Positions 1 through 10,576 of a DNA stretch of 32,866 nt are shown in pieces. Below the pieces are notes generated by a model that did no database searches, was not told where the DNA came from, and saw only the letters and a program-made list of their open reading frames with translations. Each line of letters begins with the position of its first letter. Position 1 is the first letter of the stretch. The translations under genes were made by a program, and so were the position numbers. This DNA is from Octopus bimaculoides (lineage: Eukaryota), in NCBI RefSeq assembly GCF_001194135.2, contig NC_068983.1, forward strand, positions 30,581,065-30,613,930. The letters are read 5' to 3'.

Positions 1-2023
1 GTAACGTTACGTGACACGTCAGGGATTCGCCAGAGGTGCAGAGCCGACTCATAACGTTACGCGACACGTCGGGGGATTCACCAGAGGGGCAGATATGACT
101 CATAACGCTACGTGACACGTCGGGGATTCGCTAGAGGGGTACAACCGACTCAGAACGTTACGCGACACATTGGGGATTCGCCAGAGGCGACTCAGAATGT
201 TAGGTGACACGTCGGGTGATTCGCCAGAAGGGCAGAACCGACTCATAACGTTACGCGACACGTCGGGGGATTAACCAGACGGGCAGATATGACTCACAAC
301 GTTACGTGACACGTCGGGTGATTCGCCAGAAGGGCAGAGCCGCCTCATAACTTTACGTGACACGTCGAGGATTCGCTAGAGGGGCAGAGCCGACTCGTAA
401 CGTTACGCGAGACGTCGGGGGATTCGCCAGTGGGGCAGCGCAGACTCCTATCTTTACGCGACACGTCGGGGCATTCGCCAGAAGGGCAGAGCCGACTCAT
501 AACGTTACACGACACGTCGGGGGATTCGCCAGAGAGACAGAGCCGACTTATAACGTCACGTGACCCGTCGGGGATTCGCCAGAGTGGAAGAGACGACTCA
601 CAAGGTTACGTGACACGTCGGGTGATTCGCCACAAGTGCAGAGCCGACTCATAACGTTAGGTGACACGTCGGGGGATTCGTCAGAGGGGCAGAGCCGACT
701 CATAACGTTACGCGACACGTTGGTCATTCGCCAGAGGGGCAGAGCCGACTCACAACGCTACGTGACACGTCGGGTGATTCGCCAGAAGGGCAGAGCCGCC
801 TCATAACTTTACGTGACACGTCGNNNNNNNNNNNNNNNNNNNNNNNNNNNNNNNNNNNNNNNNNNNNNNNNNNNNNNNNNNNNNNNNNNNNNNNNNNNNN
901 NNNNNNNNNNNNNNNNNNNNNNNNNNNNNNNNNNNNNNNNNNNNNNNNNNNNNNNNNNNNNNNNNNNNNNNNNNNNNNNNNNNNNNNNNNNNNNNNNNNN
1001 NNNNNNNNNNNNNNNNNNNNNNNNNNNNNNNNNNNNNNNNNNNNNNNNNNNNNNNNNNNNNNNNNNNNNNNNNNNNNNNNNNNNNNNNNNNNNNNNNNNN
1101 NNNNNNNNNNNNNNNNNNNNNNNNNNNNNNNNNNNNNNNNNNNNNNNNNNNNNNNNNNNNNNNNNNNNNNNNNNNNNNNNNNNNNNNNNNNNNNNNNNNN
1201 NNNNNNNNNNNNNNNNNNNNNNNNNNNNNNNNNNNNNNNNNNNNNNNNNNNNNNNNNNNNNNNNNNNNNNNNNNNNNNNNNNNNNNNNNNNNNNNNNNNN
1301 NNNNNNNNNNNNNNNNNNNNNNNNNNNNNNNNNNNNNNNNNNNNNNNNNNNNNNNNNNNNNNNNNNNNNNNNNNNNNNNNNNNNNNNNNNNNNNNNNNNN
1401 NNNNNNNNNNNNNNNNNNNNNNNNNNNNNNNNNNNNNNNNNNNNNNNNNNNNNNNNNNNNNNNNNNNNNNNNNNNNNNNNNNNNNNNNNNNNNNNNNNNN
1501 NNNNNNNNNNNNNNNNNNNNNNNNNNNNNNNNNNNNNNNNNNNNNNNNNNNNNNNNNNNNNNNNNNNNNNNNNNNNNNNNNNNNNNNNNNNNNNNNNNNN
1601 NNNNNNNNNNNNNNNNNNNNNNNNNNNNNNNNNNNNNNNNNNNNNNNNNNNNNNNNNNNNNNNNNNNNNNNNNNNNNNNNNNNNNNNNNNNNNNNNNNNN
1701 NNNNNNNNNNNNCACTCATAACGTTACGCGACACGTTGGGGATTCGCCAGAGGGGCAGAGCCGATTCACAACGTTACGTGACACGTCGGGGGATTCGCCA
1801 GAAGGGCAGAGCCGACTCATAACGTTACGTGCCACGTCATGGGATTCGCCAGAGGGGCAGAGCCGAGTCATAACGATACGTGACACATCGGGGGATTCGC
1901 CAGAGGGGCAGAGCCGACTCATAACGTTACGCGACACGTCGGGGCATTCGCCAGAGGGGCAGAGCCGACTCATAACATTACGCGACACGTCGGGGGATTC
2001 GCCAGAGGGGCAGAGCCGACTCA
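1..2023. repeat. GC/CpG-rich 51-bp minisatellite array, interrupted by N gap 824-1712 and running off the left edge
   Basis: Consensus unit GACTCATAACGTTACGCGACACGTCGGGGGATTCGCCAGAGGGGCAGAGCC recurs with period 51 (GACTC at 46 and 97). About 16 units lie in 1-823 and about 6 in 1713-2023. The minus-strand ORFs show the matching 17-aa repeat DVSRNVMSRLCPSGESP. Confidence 0.97.
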
Positions 2024-2454
2024 ACGTTGCTTGTCCTGAACATTGCTTGTCCTGAAATAAAAGTTTAAATCTGATTTGAAGACAAAACAATGAAGTTAAA
2101 ATATTTAACAAAATGATACTAAATATTGATTTTATTTGTTTATTTCATTTGTCAATTAATTGATAATTTATGAGATCATTAAAAAATTTGCATAATATGT
2201 TTACATCAAATGATATGGTCAGAAGCATAGTTTAGCAAGCTGTTTGTGTGGTATAGCTTTGAACGTAGTCTGGATTGGAAATGTTTATGTTGTAGAGAAC
2301 GACCGTGAGAACCAAGGAGATGGTGACGAATAGAAGAGGCTCCTTTTAACGTGTCGCACGGTCGACACAAATTATATAGTATAACATAAGAGTACTCGCA
2401 TGTGAGATGCGAGAAAATGCCAGCAAGGAAAGAAAGACACGACCGTTAGATATA

Positions 2455-3575
2455 TCTATATATATATAAAAATGAGAATGTGTGTCTGTCTGTCTGTGTG
2501 TGTGAATCCCTAAAACTCGAGAACTACGCAACCAATTTCATTCAAATTTTACAGATGCCTTACTTAGGGTTCCAGTTGTGTTTTAGTCAAAAAAAATTTT
2601 AACTCCTTGCAGAGTTCGAGCCCACAGCAACATAATATCTCCTCCACTATTTAAGTATTACGTGTCAAAAGTGAAACAAAAACACTCATGTCAAATACTT
2701 TCACTTTAAAAATGAAACTATTCTAACTGAAACAATCGCATTTCGATACTGTAATGACAGATACTTTCAGAGAAAGAGAGAGAGAGAGAGAGATGTATAT
2801 GTATNNNNNNNNNNNNNNNNNNNNNNNNNNNNNNNNNNNNNNNNNNNNNNNNNNNNNNNNNNNNNNNNNNNNNNNNNNNNNNNNNNNNNNNNNNNNNNNN
2901 NNNNNNNNNNNNNNNNNNNNNNNNNNNNNNNNNNNNNNNNNNNNNNNNNNNNNNNNNNNNNNNNNNNNNNNNNNNNNNNNNNNNNNNNNNNNNNNNNNNN
3001 NNNNNNNNNNNNNNNNNNNNNNNNNNNNNNNNNNNNNNNNNNNNNNNNNNNNNNNNNNNNNNNNNNNNNNNNNNNNNNNNNNNNNNNNNNNNNNNNNNNN
3101 NNNNNNNNNNNNNNNNNNNNNNNNNNNNNNNNNNNNNNNNNNNNNNNNNNNNNNNNNNNNNNNNNNNNNNNNNNNNNNNNNNNNNNNNNNNNNNNNNNNN
3201 NNNNNNNNNNNNNNNNNNNNNNNNNNNNNNNNNNNNNNNNNNNNNNNNNNNNAGTAAATGAGACGCATCTTTGCCTCCACTGATTCACTTGCAAAGTGTT
3301 GAGTAAAATTATTTCGTTGCAGACCTCCTTTGGGTCTTTTTATTATCACTACGACACACATAGTCCCCAGTTGGTAATATTGATTTCAAGGCCCTCCTAG
3401 ATGAGATATTGGCATTCCACTTAATGTCTATGTTCCATGCTGGCATGGATTGGAGAGTTATTAATGTAGAAATATGGTATCGTAGCTACTAACAGTTGAG
3501 GGTTGCGTAGTCTAGATGGCGTTTTTAGATTTCATTATTCTCTTTAACCCGGGCAAAGCCGGGTATTTCTGCTAG
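2455..3575 (+). mobile_element. Non-autonomous Helitron (interior contains N gap 2805-3252)
   Basis: 5' end A|TCTATATATATAAAAATGAGAATG at 2455, followed by (GTCT)n/(GT)n. 3' hairpin ACCCGG-GCAAAG-CCGGGT (3547-3564), then CTAG|T at 3572-3576. Removing the element restores one (AT)n run (gttagatata|tatatatataaag), as expected for A|T insertion without a TSD. The gap means the two ends could belong to different copies. Confidence 0.7.
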
Positions 3576-3734
3576 TATATATATAAAGAGAAGTTTATTA
3601 GCGTAGTAAACTGTGGGTCTGTGCATGTGGCAATATAAATAACACAATATGTATGACTGGCCTTCGTATAAACAAGAGTGTGTATACATAATATGTGTGT
3701 GTGAATGAGAAATACAGAGCATGGAATAAGAGTC

Positions 3735-4368
3735 TGTAACATAGACGATAAGCGTCCTGAACAAAGATAGGAAAATACCCGTTCATAGAAGAGTTACACA
3801 GTAGGTAGAATGTCTGTACATAAGAGGTTGTGGCTTCTAGGCAGAGCTGAAGTGTCACATGTCATGAGTGAAGTTCAGGCTTCTATGCTGAGTCAGTTAC
3901 TTGAATACAGAAGATTCTCGCAGGTTGTTCTGGCTGTTCTTTCGAGGTGGAAACAATCCACACAAACAGTGTTGAGATGGAACTGCGGTTGCTGTTGGTA
4001 GTGTGTACGCTGGCGGCAGTGGTGTTGGTGCTGGAAACTGGCTTGAGCTGTGTTCTGTGAGATGGTCAACGAACAGACCTGTGAGAGGTCTGAAATCGAA
4101 GACAAACTAGCGTGGATAAAGCAAGGCTATTTATGGAGAAAAAAGGGGCTCCAGAAACAGCAGAAAAACACTCTCTCACGTGACCTTATCAGAAGACCAC
4201 GATTGGTTGATGTTCACTCTGGCGCGAAACAGAACTGGAGACAAATGCCGCACAAATAAGAGCCAATCAGGGTGATGGACACAGCAGGGTCCAAGCGGGC
4301 CAAAGGCTAGATGTTACCTGCTACATTCGAATTTGTAAATAAATACCCGAGGGAGAGGTTTCACTACA
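3735..4368. promoter_or_regulatory. Promoter-like motif cluster, possibly a solo LTR
   Basis: TCACGTGA E-box 4176-4183, CTTATCA (GATA) 4185-4191, ATTGG 4202-4206, GGCGCGAAA (E2F consensus TTTCGCGCC on minus) 4221-4229, CCAAT 4263-4267. The segment is bounded by TGTA (3735) and TACA (4368), with AATAAA at 4338-4343. No TSD was found. Confidence 0.35.
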
Positions 4369-4699
4369 ATGTATTTAGCAAGTCAAAATTAGTAAAAATA
4401 TTATCATCATATAATGCAACAGAAATGGTTTATTTTATGGGTTTGCTTTAAAAGTCACCTGTTGTAATGAAGGTGCTATTTATACATTTAATGACATGAA
4501 GACTTGTATGTGCCATCTATGACAGATTGCAGTGAAGAGTTAAACACTGTCAGTGAGGCTATTGTGGGTAATTGTGCATAGGAATAAATGTGGTACCAGT
4601 CAGTTTACTTGCATTTCTCAGTAGACAGGTAAACATTTTTGGTCCTTCATCCTTTCTTAGAATCAATTATTCATGTAAACTGTATTGTGACAGTGTCAG

Positions 4700-4800
4700 G
4701 AAGCAGAAAACATTTATCAAATCCATGTCCAAAGTGCTGCACAATGAGACTGAACCCAAGACCACAGGGTTGGGAAACAAACTTAACCATAGAGCCATAC
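4700..4800 (-). mobile_element. Decayed tRNA-derived SINE head (family B)
   Basis: Resembles the head of the 7159-7556 copy (gagactgaacccaagaccac...aaacttaacca). Confidence 0.6.
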
Positions 4801-4825
4801 CTGTGTATGTATGTGTGTGAGCACA

Positions 4826-4835
<10 letters not shown>

Positions 4836-4906
<71 letters not shown>
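4836..4906. repeat. (TA)n(TG)n compound microsatellite
   Basis: Read directly from the sequence. Confidence 0.95.
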
Positions 4907-4908
<2 letters not shown>

Positions 4909-4909
4909 T

Positions 4910-5103
4910 ATGTTGCCATGTCTTGACGTCACACAACAGTTGTAAATGAGCAACACTATCATATAAGGGATATCTTTCATTTCCAATCTTCAATGAAAGC
5001 ATGGCTGGCCATGGAGAAATATTCCTTGCTGGACATAGAAAATCTGCCACAGTGAATTCTGCCTGGCCCATGCAAACATGGAAAATGGACGTTGATGATG
5101 ATG
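4910..5103 (+). mobile_element. Old retroposon with RTE-type tail (ccatgcaaacatggaaaatggacgttgatgatgatg)
   Basis: The tail matches family A. The body aligns by eye to the reverse complement of 5508-5750. Confidence 0.7.
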
Positions 5104-5507
5104 CTAACCAAATGTAGATTAGTAAAAAAAAAAGAAGAAAAAGTAAAGAATTTTTGCCTACAGGGTCACATATTTAATAAAGATAGCCAGTTGGAATTTG
5201 GTCTGCAGGTCATAGTTTGCTGAATCTTGACTTAAAATACCGAATTCGTTAACAGATAGTTTCAGGCTTGAGTATTTGTCTCACAGGATTGTTTTGAATT
5301 TCTTATGAAACATAGTAAGAAATGACAAGTTGCTTATGAATACCTTCAAAGATAACAGAAGATACCAAAAAAACAATAACTATGGTTGTGTATATGAATG
5401 GTATAAATCAACTGGTCTCAAAGAACTTGATTACTTCTATTAGAAAAAAAAAACAACAGAAAAATAAATCTGAAAAATACTGTAAGCAGGAGTGTGTAGT
5501 TTAATTA

Positions 5508-5900
5508 TCATCACCATCATTTAATATCCACTTTTCCATGTTTGCATGAGTCAGACAGAACTTGCTGAAACATTTCCTGCAGCTAGATGCTCTTCCTGTC
5601 ACTAACCCACATCTGTTTCCAGGCAAAATATTTCCCTATGGTCAGACATGTTTTTGTAGAACGTTAGAAACAAAAGAAACAGACAACATTGCTTGTATGA
5701 TAGAAATACTCATTTACAACCATCATGTAATGTCAAGACAAGAGTACACACAAACACACACATACATCTATATATGATGGACTTTATTAAATTTCCACCA
5801 ACCAAATCTACTCAGGGCTATAACAGAAAACACTTGTTAAAGAGGGATTGAACCCAAGATCATATGCTTTGGAAGTGTTTCTTAACTACACAATCACACT
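5508..5900 (-). mobile_element. Old retroposon with RTE-type tail, followed by a SINE-B-like head remnant
   Basis: catcaccatcatttaatatccacttttccatgtttgcatg tail, a body homologous to 4910-5103, and a B-box-like ggattgaaccc near 5845. Confidence 0.65.
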
Positions 5901-6116
5901 TGGACCTTGCCCAACCTGTGACAAAATAATGGTAAGAGAAAGCTATTTTAGTCTGTGGTTTAGAAATCTGAATCAGTAATATAGATTACAAAGGAGGACG
6001 GTGATTTGGAATTGTATATAAGAGTATGAGCTGCAAGGTGGTGTTAGAAGAAATGATTGGAAAGTTATTAGTAGCAGAATAACCTCTGGAATGAACTCTA
6101 CCCTGTGAATGATCAT

Positions 6117-6209
6117 TTAAGCCGCTCGCTTCCTTACTTTAGAACCTCTCTTCTTTTTGTCTTGGAGTAGGCGCTGTCGAAGTTCCTTTCTTCTTGTATC
6201 TTCCTTTTC
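6117..6209 (-). CDS. NHEJ1: NHEJ1/XLF last coding exon (phase 0): EKEDTRRKELRQRLLQDKKKRGSKVRKRAA*
   Basis: Acceptor tattgttttcctag|GAA at 6209 and TAA at 6119-6117. The charged-then-basic C-terminus is what XLF tails look like, and the phase matches both candidate donors of the upstream exon. Confidence 0.75.
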   Translation of the reverse strand, partial: EKEDTRRKELRQRLLQDKKKRGSKVRKRAA

Positions 6210-6860
6210 CTAGGAAAACAATAATAATGTATCATGTCAATGAAATAGAATTTGTACTTATTTCTTTTCTTTTTTTTTTCCATATTCTTCGTCATTATTT
6301 TTATCATGAATACCAATGGCATGAACAACAGCGAAAAAAAAAAAAAAACGGTAACAAGAAAAATCTGAAGTCTGCCAACATTCCTTCCTCCATATGATGC
6401 CACATGGAAGGACTTAGCTCTTGTTAATCAAATTATTTCATCGATGAAAATCCACTGTCACATATAGAAAAATTAATAAGTAAAAGGACACTGTCTAAGT
6501 ATAATGTAATACAAAGTAAATATCATAAGATAAAGATAATAAAATGACTACACGTGTTTCATAACCAATTTTCAAATAGAAAGAAAATTTAAATCGATTA
6601 AAACTATCGAAAATCAATTCTATTCAAAAGTATAGCTAATCTTCAGGTCAAAATACAACAATAATAATAATAAAAGAATGTATATATCAACCAACAATAA
6701 ATAACAAATGAAGGTATATAAAATACTTATTATATTAAGATAGAAAAATATTATTAAAAATATCAAAATAATAAACATTCCATAATCAACCCTACGTCCA
6801 TTATAATATAAGCTAACAGGAATATTATATGCAAAAACCAACTTAACGAATTTTTCGTTT

Positions 6861-6863
<3 letters not shown>

Positions 6864-6915
<52 letters not shown>
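6864..6915. repeat. (TA)n(TG)n microsatellite
   Basis: Read directly from the sequence. Confidence 0.95.
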
Positions 6916-7158
6916 TGTGATTTGGTATCAGTTCCACTATGCAGCACCTTGGACAAGTTTTTTTTACTACGGTGCTGGTATTAATATTGCTTCTGTTGCT
7001 AGTACATATTTTTTTAACAAGCTAATCGTGACACCAGCACCTGTTCTAGCAGTTTTTCTATATATCACTGGTGGAGAGCTGAGTCACTGCTATCTCTAAT
7101 GGTTGAGCGTCCATCATTGATGACACCAAGGAAGATTGGAATTATGTGATCTGGTGGT

Positions 7159-7556
7159 CTCTTCACTCTTTTACTCTTTTACTTGTTTCAGTCATTTGAC
7201 TGTGGCCATGCTGGAGCACCACCTTTAGTCGAGCAAATCGACCCCAGGACTTATTCTTTGGAAACCTAGTACTTATTCTATCGGTCTCTTTTGCCGAACC
7301 GCTAAGTTACGGGGACGTAAACACACCACCATCGGTTGTCAAGCGATGTTGGGGGACAAACACAGACACATAAACACATATATACACATATACGACGGGC
7401 TTCTTTCAGTTTCCGTCTACCAAATCCACTCACAAGGCTTTGGTCAGCCCGAGGCTATAATAGAAGACACTTGCCCAAGGTGCCACGCAGTGGGACTGAA
7501 CCCAGAACCATGTGGTTGGTAAGCAAGCTACTTACCACACAGCCACTCCTACGCCT
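7159..7556 (-). mobile_element. Full-length young tRNA-derived SINE (family B)
   Basis: On minus: A-box-like TGGCTGTGTGGT, B-box GGTTCAGTCCC, then gcaccttgggcaagtgtctt (resembles a CORE-type domain, from memory), an internal (TA/TG) tract and a (GAGTAAAA)n tail. Partial copies occur at 4700, 11330, 14070, 17311, 20183, 29490, 29810 and 31020. Confidence 0.9.
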
Positions 7557-8125
7557 ATGGAGATGGCAGGGATTTATCTCCCTCACTAGTTATATAAACA
7601 AGAGTGCATTTTGCACCAAAACCAAATATGAGTTTCTCTCATGGTACCTACAACAGTATGGCTTGTTCTAACAGAACATCCACATTTAAGAGGACATAAA
7701 TGTTACCTCTCAGTATTAATACTGTTTCTTGCTAATATACAATTTTCAAAACATCAAATGTTTTTATATTTTTGCCTTCAAATTCTAGTCTTTTTTCCAA
7801 TAATGTTTTACTGGTACTTTTCTCCATGTGGTATTGATATGTGGGTCAACTATTACATACATCTCACAATATGATAATTTATTCACTAATCCTTTAGCAA
7901 ATAACAAACTAGCTGTCACTAATAAAAAAAATACTGATGGGATACTTGTATAATGTAGAGACCCCTTCAAAGCCAGATGTATTGTGATATTGTGTAACTA
8001 AGTGGTCTGCCTAGAAACATAACAAAGTGACAGCAGCAGCAGATTTTGAACTCATGACCCATGAGTTGGGATATTTGTATTTCATCCACTCAGCCTTCCA
8101 CAGACATTAACATGATAGTCTAGAT

Positions 8126-8230
8126 CAGTGTTCCTCAAAGTGGGTTCTGTGAAACAGCTTTAAAAAATCCCATATCCATAAGATAAGGGGTCTTCGAAGT
8201 TGATTCTCCTGGTTTTATATGAGCCACCAA
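8126..8230 (+). mobile_element. hAT-Charlie-type terminal fragment
   Basis: CAGTGTTCCTCAAAGTGGG resembles Charlie/MER TIRs and is immediately preceded by GTCTAGAT (8118-8125), the NTCTAGAN target consensus. The other end was not found. Confidence 0.45.
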
Positions 8231-8305
8231 GAAAGGCTACGAAGTCGTTTGATCTGCTAGAAATAACAGTCAAATCTTCCTACTGTTTTAAACACGAACA
8301 ATACA

Positions 8306-8531
8306 TTAACCCTTTAGCGTTTAAACTGGCTATATCTGGCCCAAATATTCTATCTATTTTATATTCAAACTGACCAGATCTAGCCTCTCAAACCTACCCT
8401 ACAATGTTATTCTAAAAATAAACTATCACATCATTGAAATCTCAAAGCTACAAGATAATGCATTATTAACATTATTATGTGAATAAACAAGCATTACATT
8501 TGATAAAGTAATCTGAATGTTGAAGAGTTAA
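8306..8531. mobile_element. piggyBac-type MITE, family P1
   Basis: TTAA|CCCTTTAGC ... ctgaatgttgaagag|TTAA. The interior is the reverse complement of the 15140-15369 copy. Confidence 0.8.
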
Positions 8532-8672
8532 ACAACACTTTCCAAGAGACTATGCCTGAATAAAACAGGTGGTTGTGGATTGGATCATAAGTTTGCTGGA
8601 TCAAGGATGATGCAGGATAAACAACAATAGCAACAAGAAGATTAAAGGACAAAGAGAACAAGATATACATGC

Positions 8673-8836
8673 CTTCTCTAAAATCTTTGACATGGACGGT
8701 GAAGTCACAAGAGGACATATTTCTACCTCATTCTTTACTGGCTCCTTTTTATCCAGGTATGAAGTGCCATTCAACCAAGAAGGACCACCTGCTTTGTAAG
8801 CACGTTCAGAACTTTCGTTGCTATCACTAGTATCAC
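8673..8836 (-). CDS. NHEJ1: NHEJ1/XLF penultimate coding exon (phase 1 to 0): GDTSDSNESSERAYKAGGPSWLNGTSYLDKKEPVKNEVEICPLVTSPSMSKILEK
   Basis: Strong acceptor ttaatttattttcag|GT at 8836, open frame, low-complexity S/E/K/P-rich tail. The donor is either AAG|GCATGT (8673, 164-nt exon) or GAG|GTAGAA (8727, 110-nt exon). Both are phase 0 and in frame with 6209. Confidence 0.7.
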
Positions 8837-9142
8837 CTGAAAATAAATTAAAATGATTAAATTAAATTAAATAAATTAAAATAATTAAAACACAATTTCA
8901 CCAATTGCAAAGAGAGTGAATTGCCTGGAATGTTAAAATTGTAGTTTAAGGATGATGTATTCAAATATACTGCAAGAATTTTGTTGGGTCTTGGGACAGG
9001 GTTCTTATGTGCTTTTCTGCGATGATAATGTAGGCCAATATAGGATTGGCATAACCCATGGAATATCAGAAAAAAATGCCATGCAGCGTTTAGTTATGGC
9101 TCTTTGCATTCTGAGTTCAAATCTTTCCAGAGTAACTTTTCT

Positions 9143-9455
9143 TTTCATCATCATCATTGTCTAACATCTACTTTCCATGCTGGTATGGGTTGGACAGTGA
9201 TAGGTCCTGGAAGCTAGAAGATTGCATCAAACTCTACTGTCTGCTTTAGCATGGTTTTTATGGCTGTACACTCTCTGAGTGGTTGGCGTTAGGAAGGGCA
9301 TCCAGCTGTAGAAACTCTGCCAAATCAGATTGGAGCCTAGTGTTGCCATCCGGTTTCACCAGTCCTCAGTCAAATCGTCCAACCCATGCTAGCATGGAAA
9401 GCAGACGTTAAACGATGATGATGATGCCCTTCTTAATGTCAATGTCCTTCCTAAT
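9143..9455. mobile_element. Nested RTE-3'-end elements: young family A copy (+, 9267-9426) inside an older minus copy
   Basis: The older copy reads ...atggctg|[insert]|gatgcccttc..., and the inner copy ends ccatgctagcatggaaagcagacgttaaac(gat)n. Confidence 0.8.
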
Positions 9456-9519
9456 GCCAAATCCCCACTGGATTTAACTACAGCCATTGCCGAAATGCAA
9501 AGCCTTTAAGTTAAAAACC

Positions 9520-9935
9520 AGTATTATGGTTGCTGTTGTTTAACTCTAAGTCAGCTCTGATTGAGTAAATCCATGATTAAAGGTATTTCATCAATAACCA
9601 TCTTATCTCTTTTACCCAAGCATAGTACACATTATCCTATATTACGTTTTTAAGATGGTAGAGTTGATATGAGACAGTTTTGGCTACTGTATCTTAGAGG
9701 TCAAATGACCATGTAGAAGTTTCCTCATTAGCTTGTTAACCCTATATATGTCGCTGTTTAGCCTGAGGTCAGATAATTTCTACAACCAAAGCAATCCAAA
9801 TATGACAATTCTGCCTTTTCCTTATATGCACAAAACCAGGACCACATTATCCAAGTATCCTTTAAAATACTAATGTAGGAGCTGAGGAAAATTTTGCAAC
9901 TATTTCTAGCAGATCAAGCGGACACATACTGGCTC
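9520..9935 (-). mobile_element. Two decayed copies of SINE-like family D ((CAA)n tail; tttggctgctatttctagcaggtcag motif)
   Basis: The motif and the ttgttgttta(g/a)cc tail are shared with 12345-12520, 14330-14530 and 30060-30200 (+). Confidence 0.6.
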
Positions 9936-9965
9936 AATTATTGGGTTACAGGCATTATTATTGTT

Positions 9966-10576
9966 AAGGTGGCAAGCTAGCAGAATTGTTAGCATGTTAA
10001 GCGAACTGCTTAGCAGTGTTTTATCTGCTGCTGTGTTCCGAGTTCTAATTCTGCTGCGGTCGACTTTGCCTTTCATCCTTTCAGGGTCGATAAATTAAGT
10101 ACCAGTGAAACACCGGGGTCGATTAAATCAATTAGTCCCCCCCACAAAAAATTTCAAGCCTTGTACCTATAGTAGAAAGGATTATTATTATGATTATTAT
10201 TATTATTATTATTATTAAGGTGGCGAGCTGGCAGAATCGTTAGCACTCCAGGCAAAATGCTTAGCAGAATTTCGTCTGTCTTTATGTTCCAAGTTCAAAT
10301 TTTGTGGTTGATAAATTAAGTACCAGTGAAAAACTGGGGTCGATGTAATTGACTATCCCCCTTTCCCCAAATTTCAGGCCATGTGCCTATTATTATTATT
10401 ATTATTATTATTATAAGTAGTAGTAATAGTAGTCACCAAGGCCAATTTTGCCTTTCATCCTTTCAGGTTTAACAAAATAAAAGACCAGTCAAGTACTAAG
10501 ATTGATCTAATCAACATAACCCCCTCTCCTAATAATTGCTGTCCTTGAGCCAAAATTACAAAGAAGAATCATTATT
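9966..10576 (+). mobile_element. Head-to-tail cluster of tRNA-derived SINE family C (9966-10215, 10217-10415, partial 10436-10576)
   Basis: Head aaggtggcgagctggcagaatcgttagc...gttcaaatt, central ctttgcctttcatcctttcagggtcgataaattaagtaccag (resembles the Meta/MESC SINE domain, from memory) and an (ATT)n tail. Confidence 0.88.

Noticed and set aside
1-2023. 51-bp array as a CRISPR array or a protein-coding repeat (ORFs 357..563, 430..654, 1716..2111)
   Set aside because: The units abut with no unique spacers, the context is eukaryotic, and the open frames follow from a unit length divisible by 3. Indel variants (e.g. near 185) break the frame.
6134-6403. 89-aa ORF with an apparent transmembrane segment
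   Set aside because: It is built from T/A-rich intron sequence plus the wrong frame of the last NHEJ1 exon.
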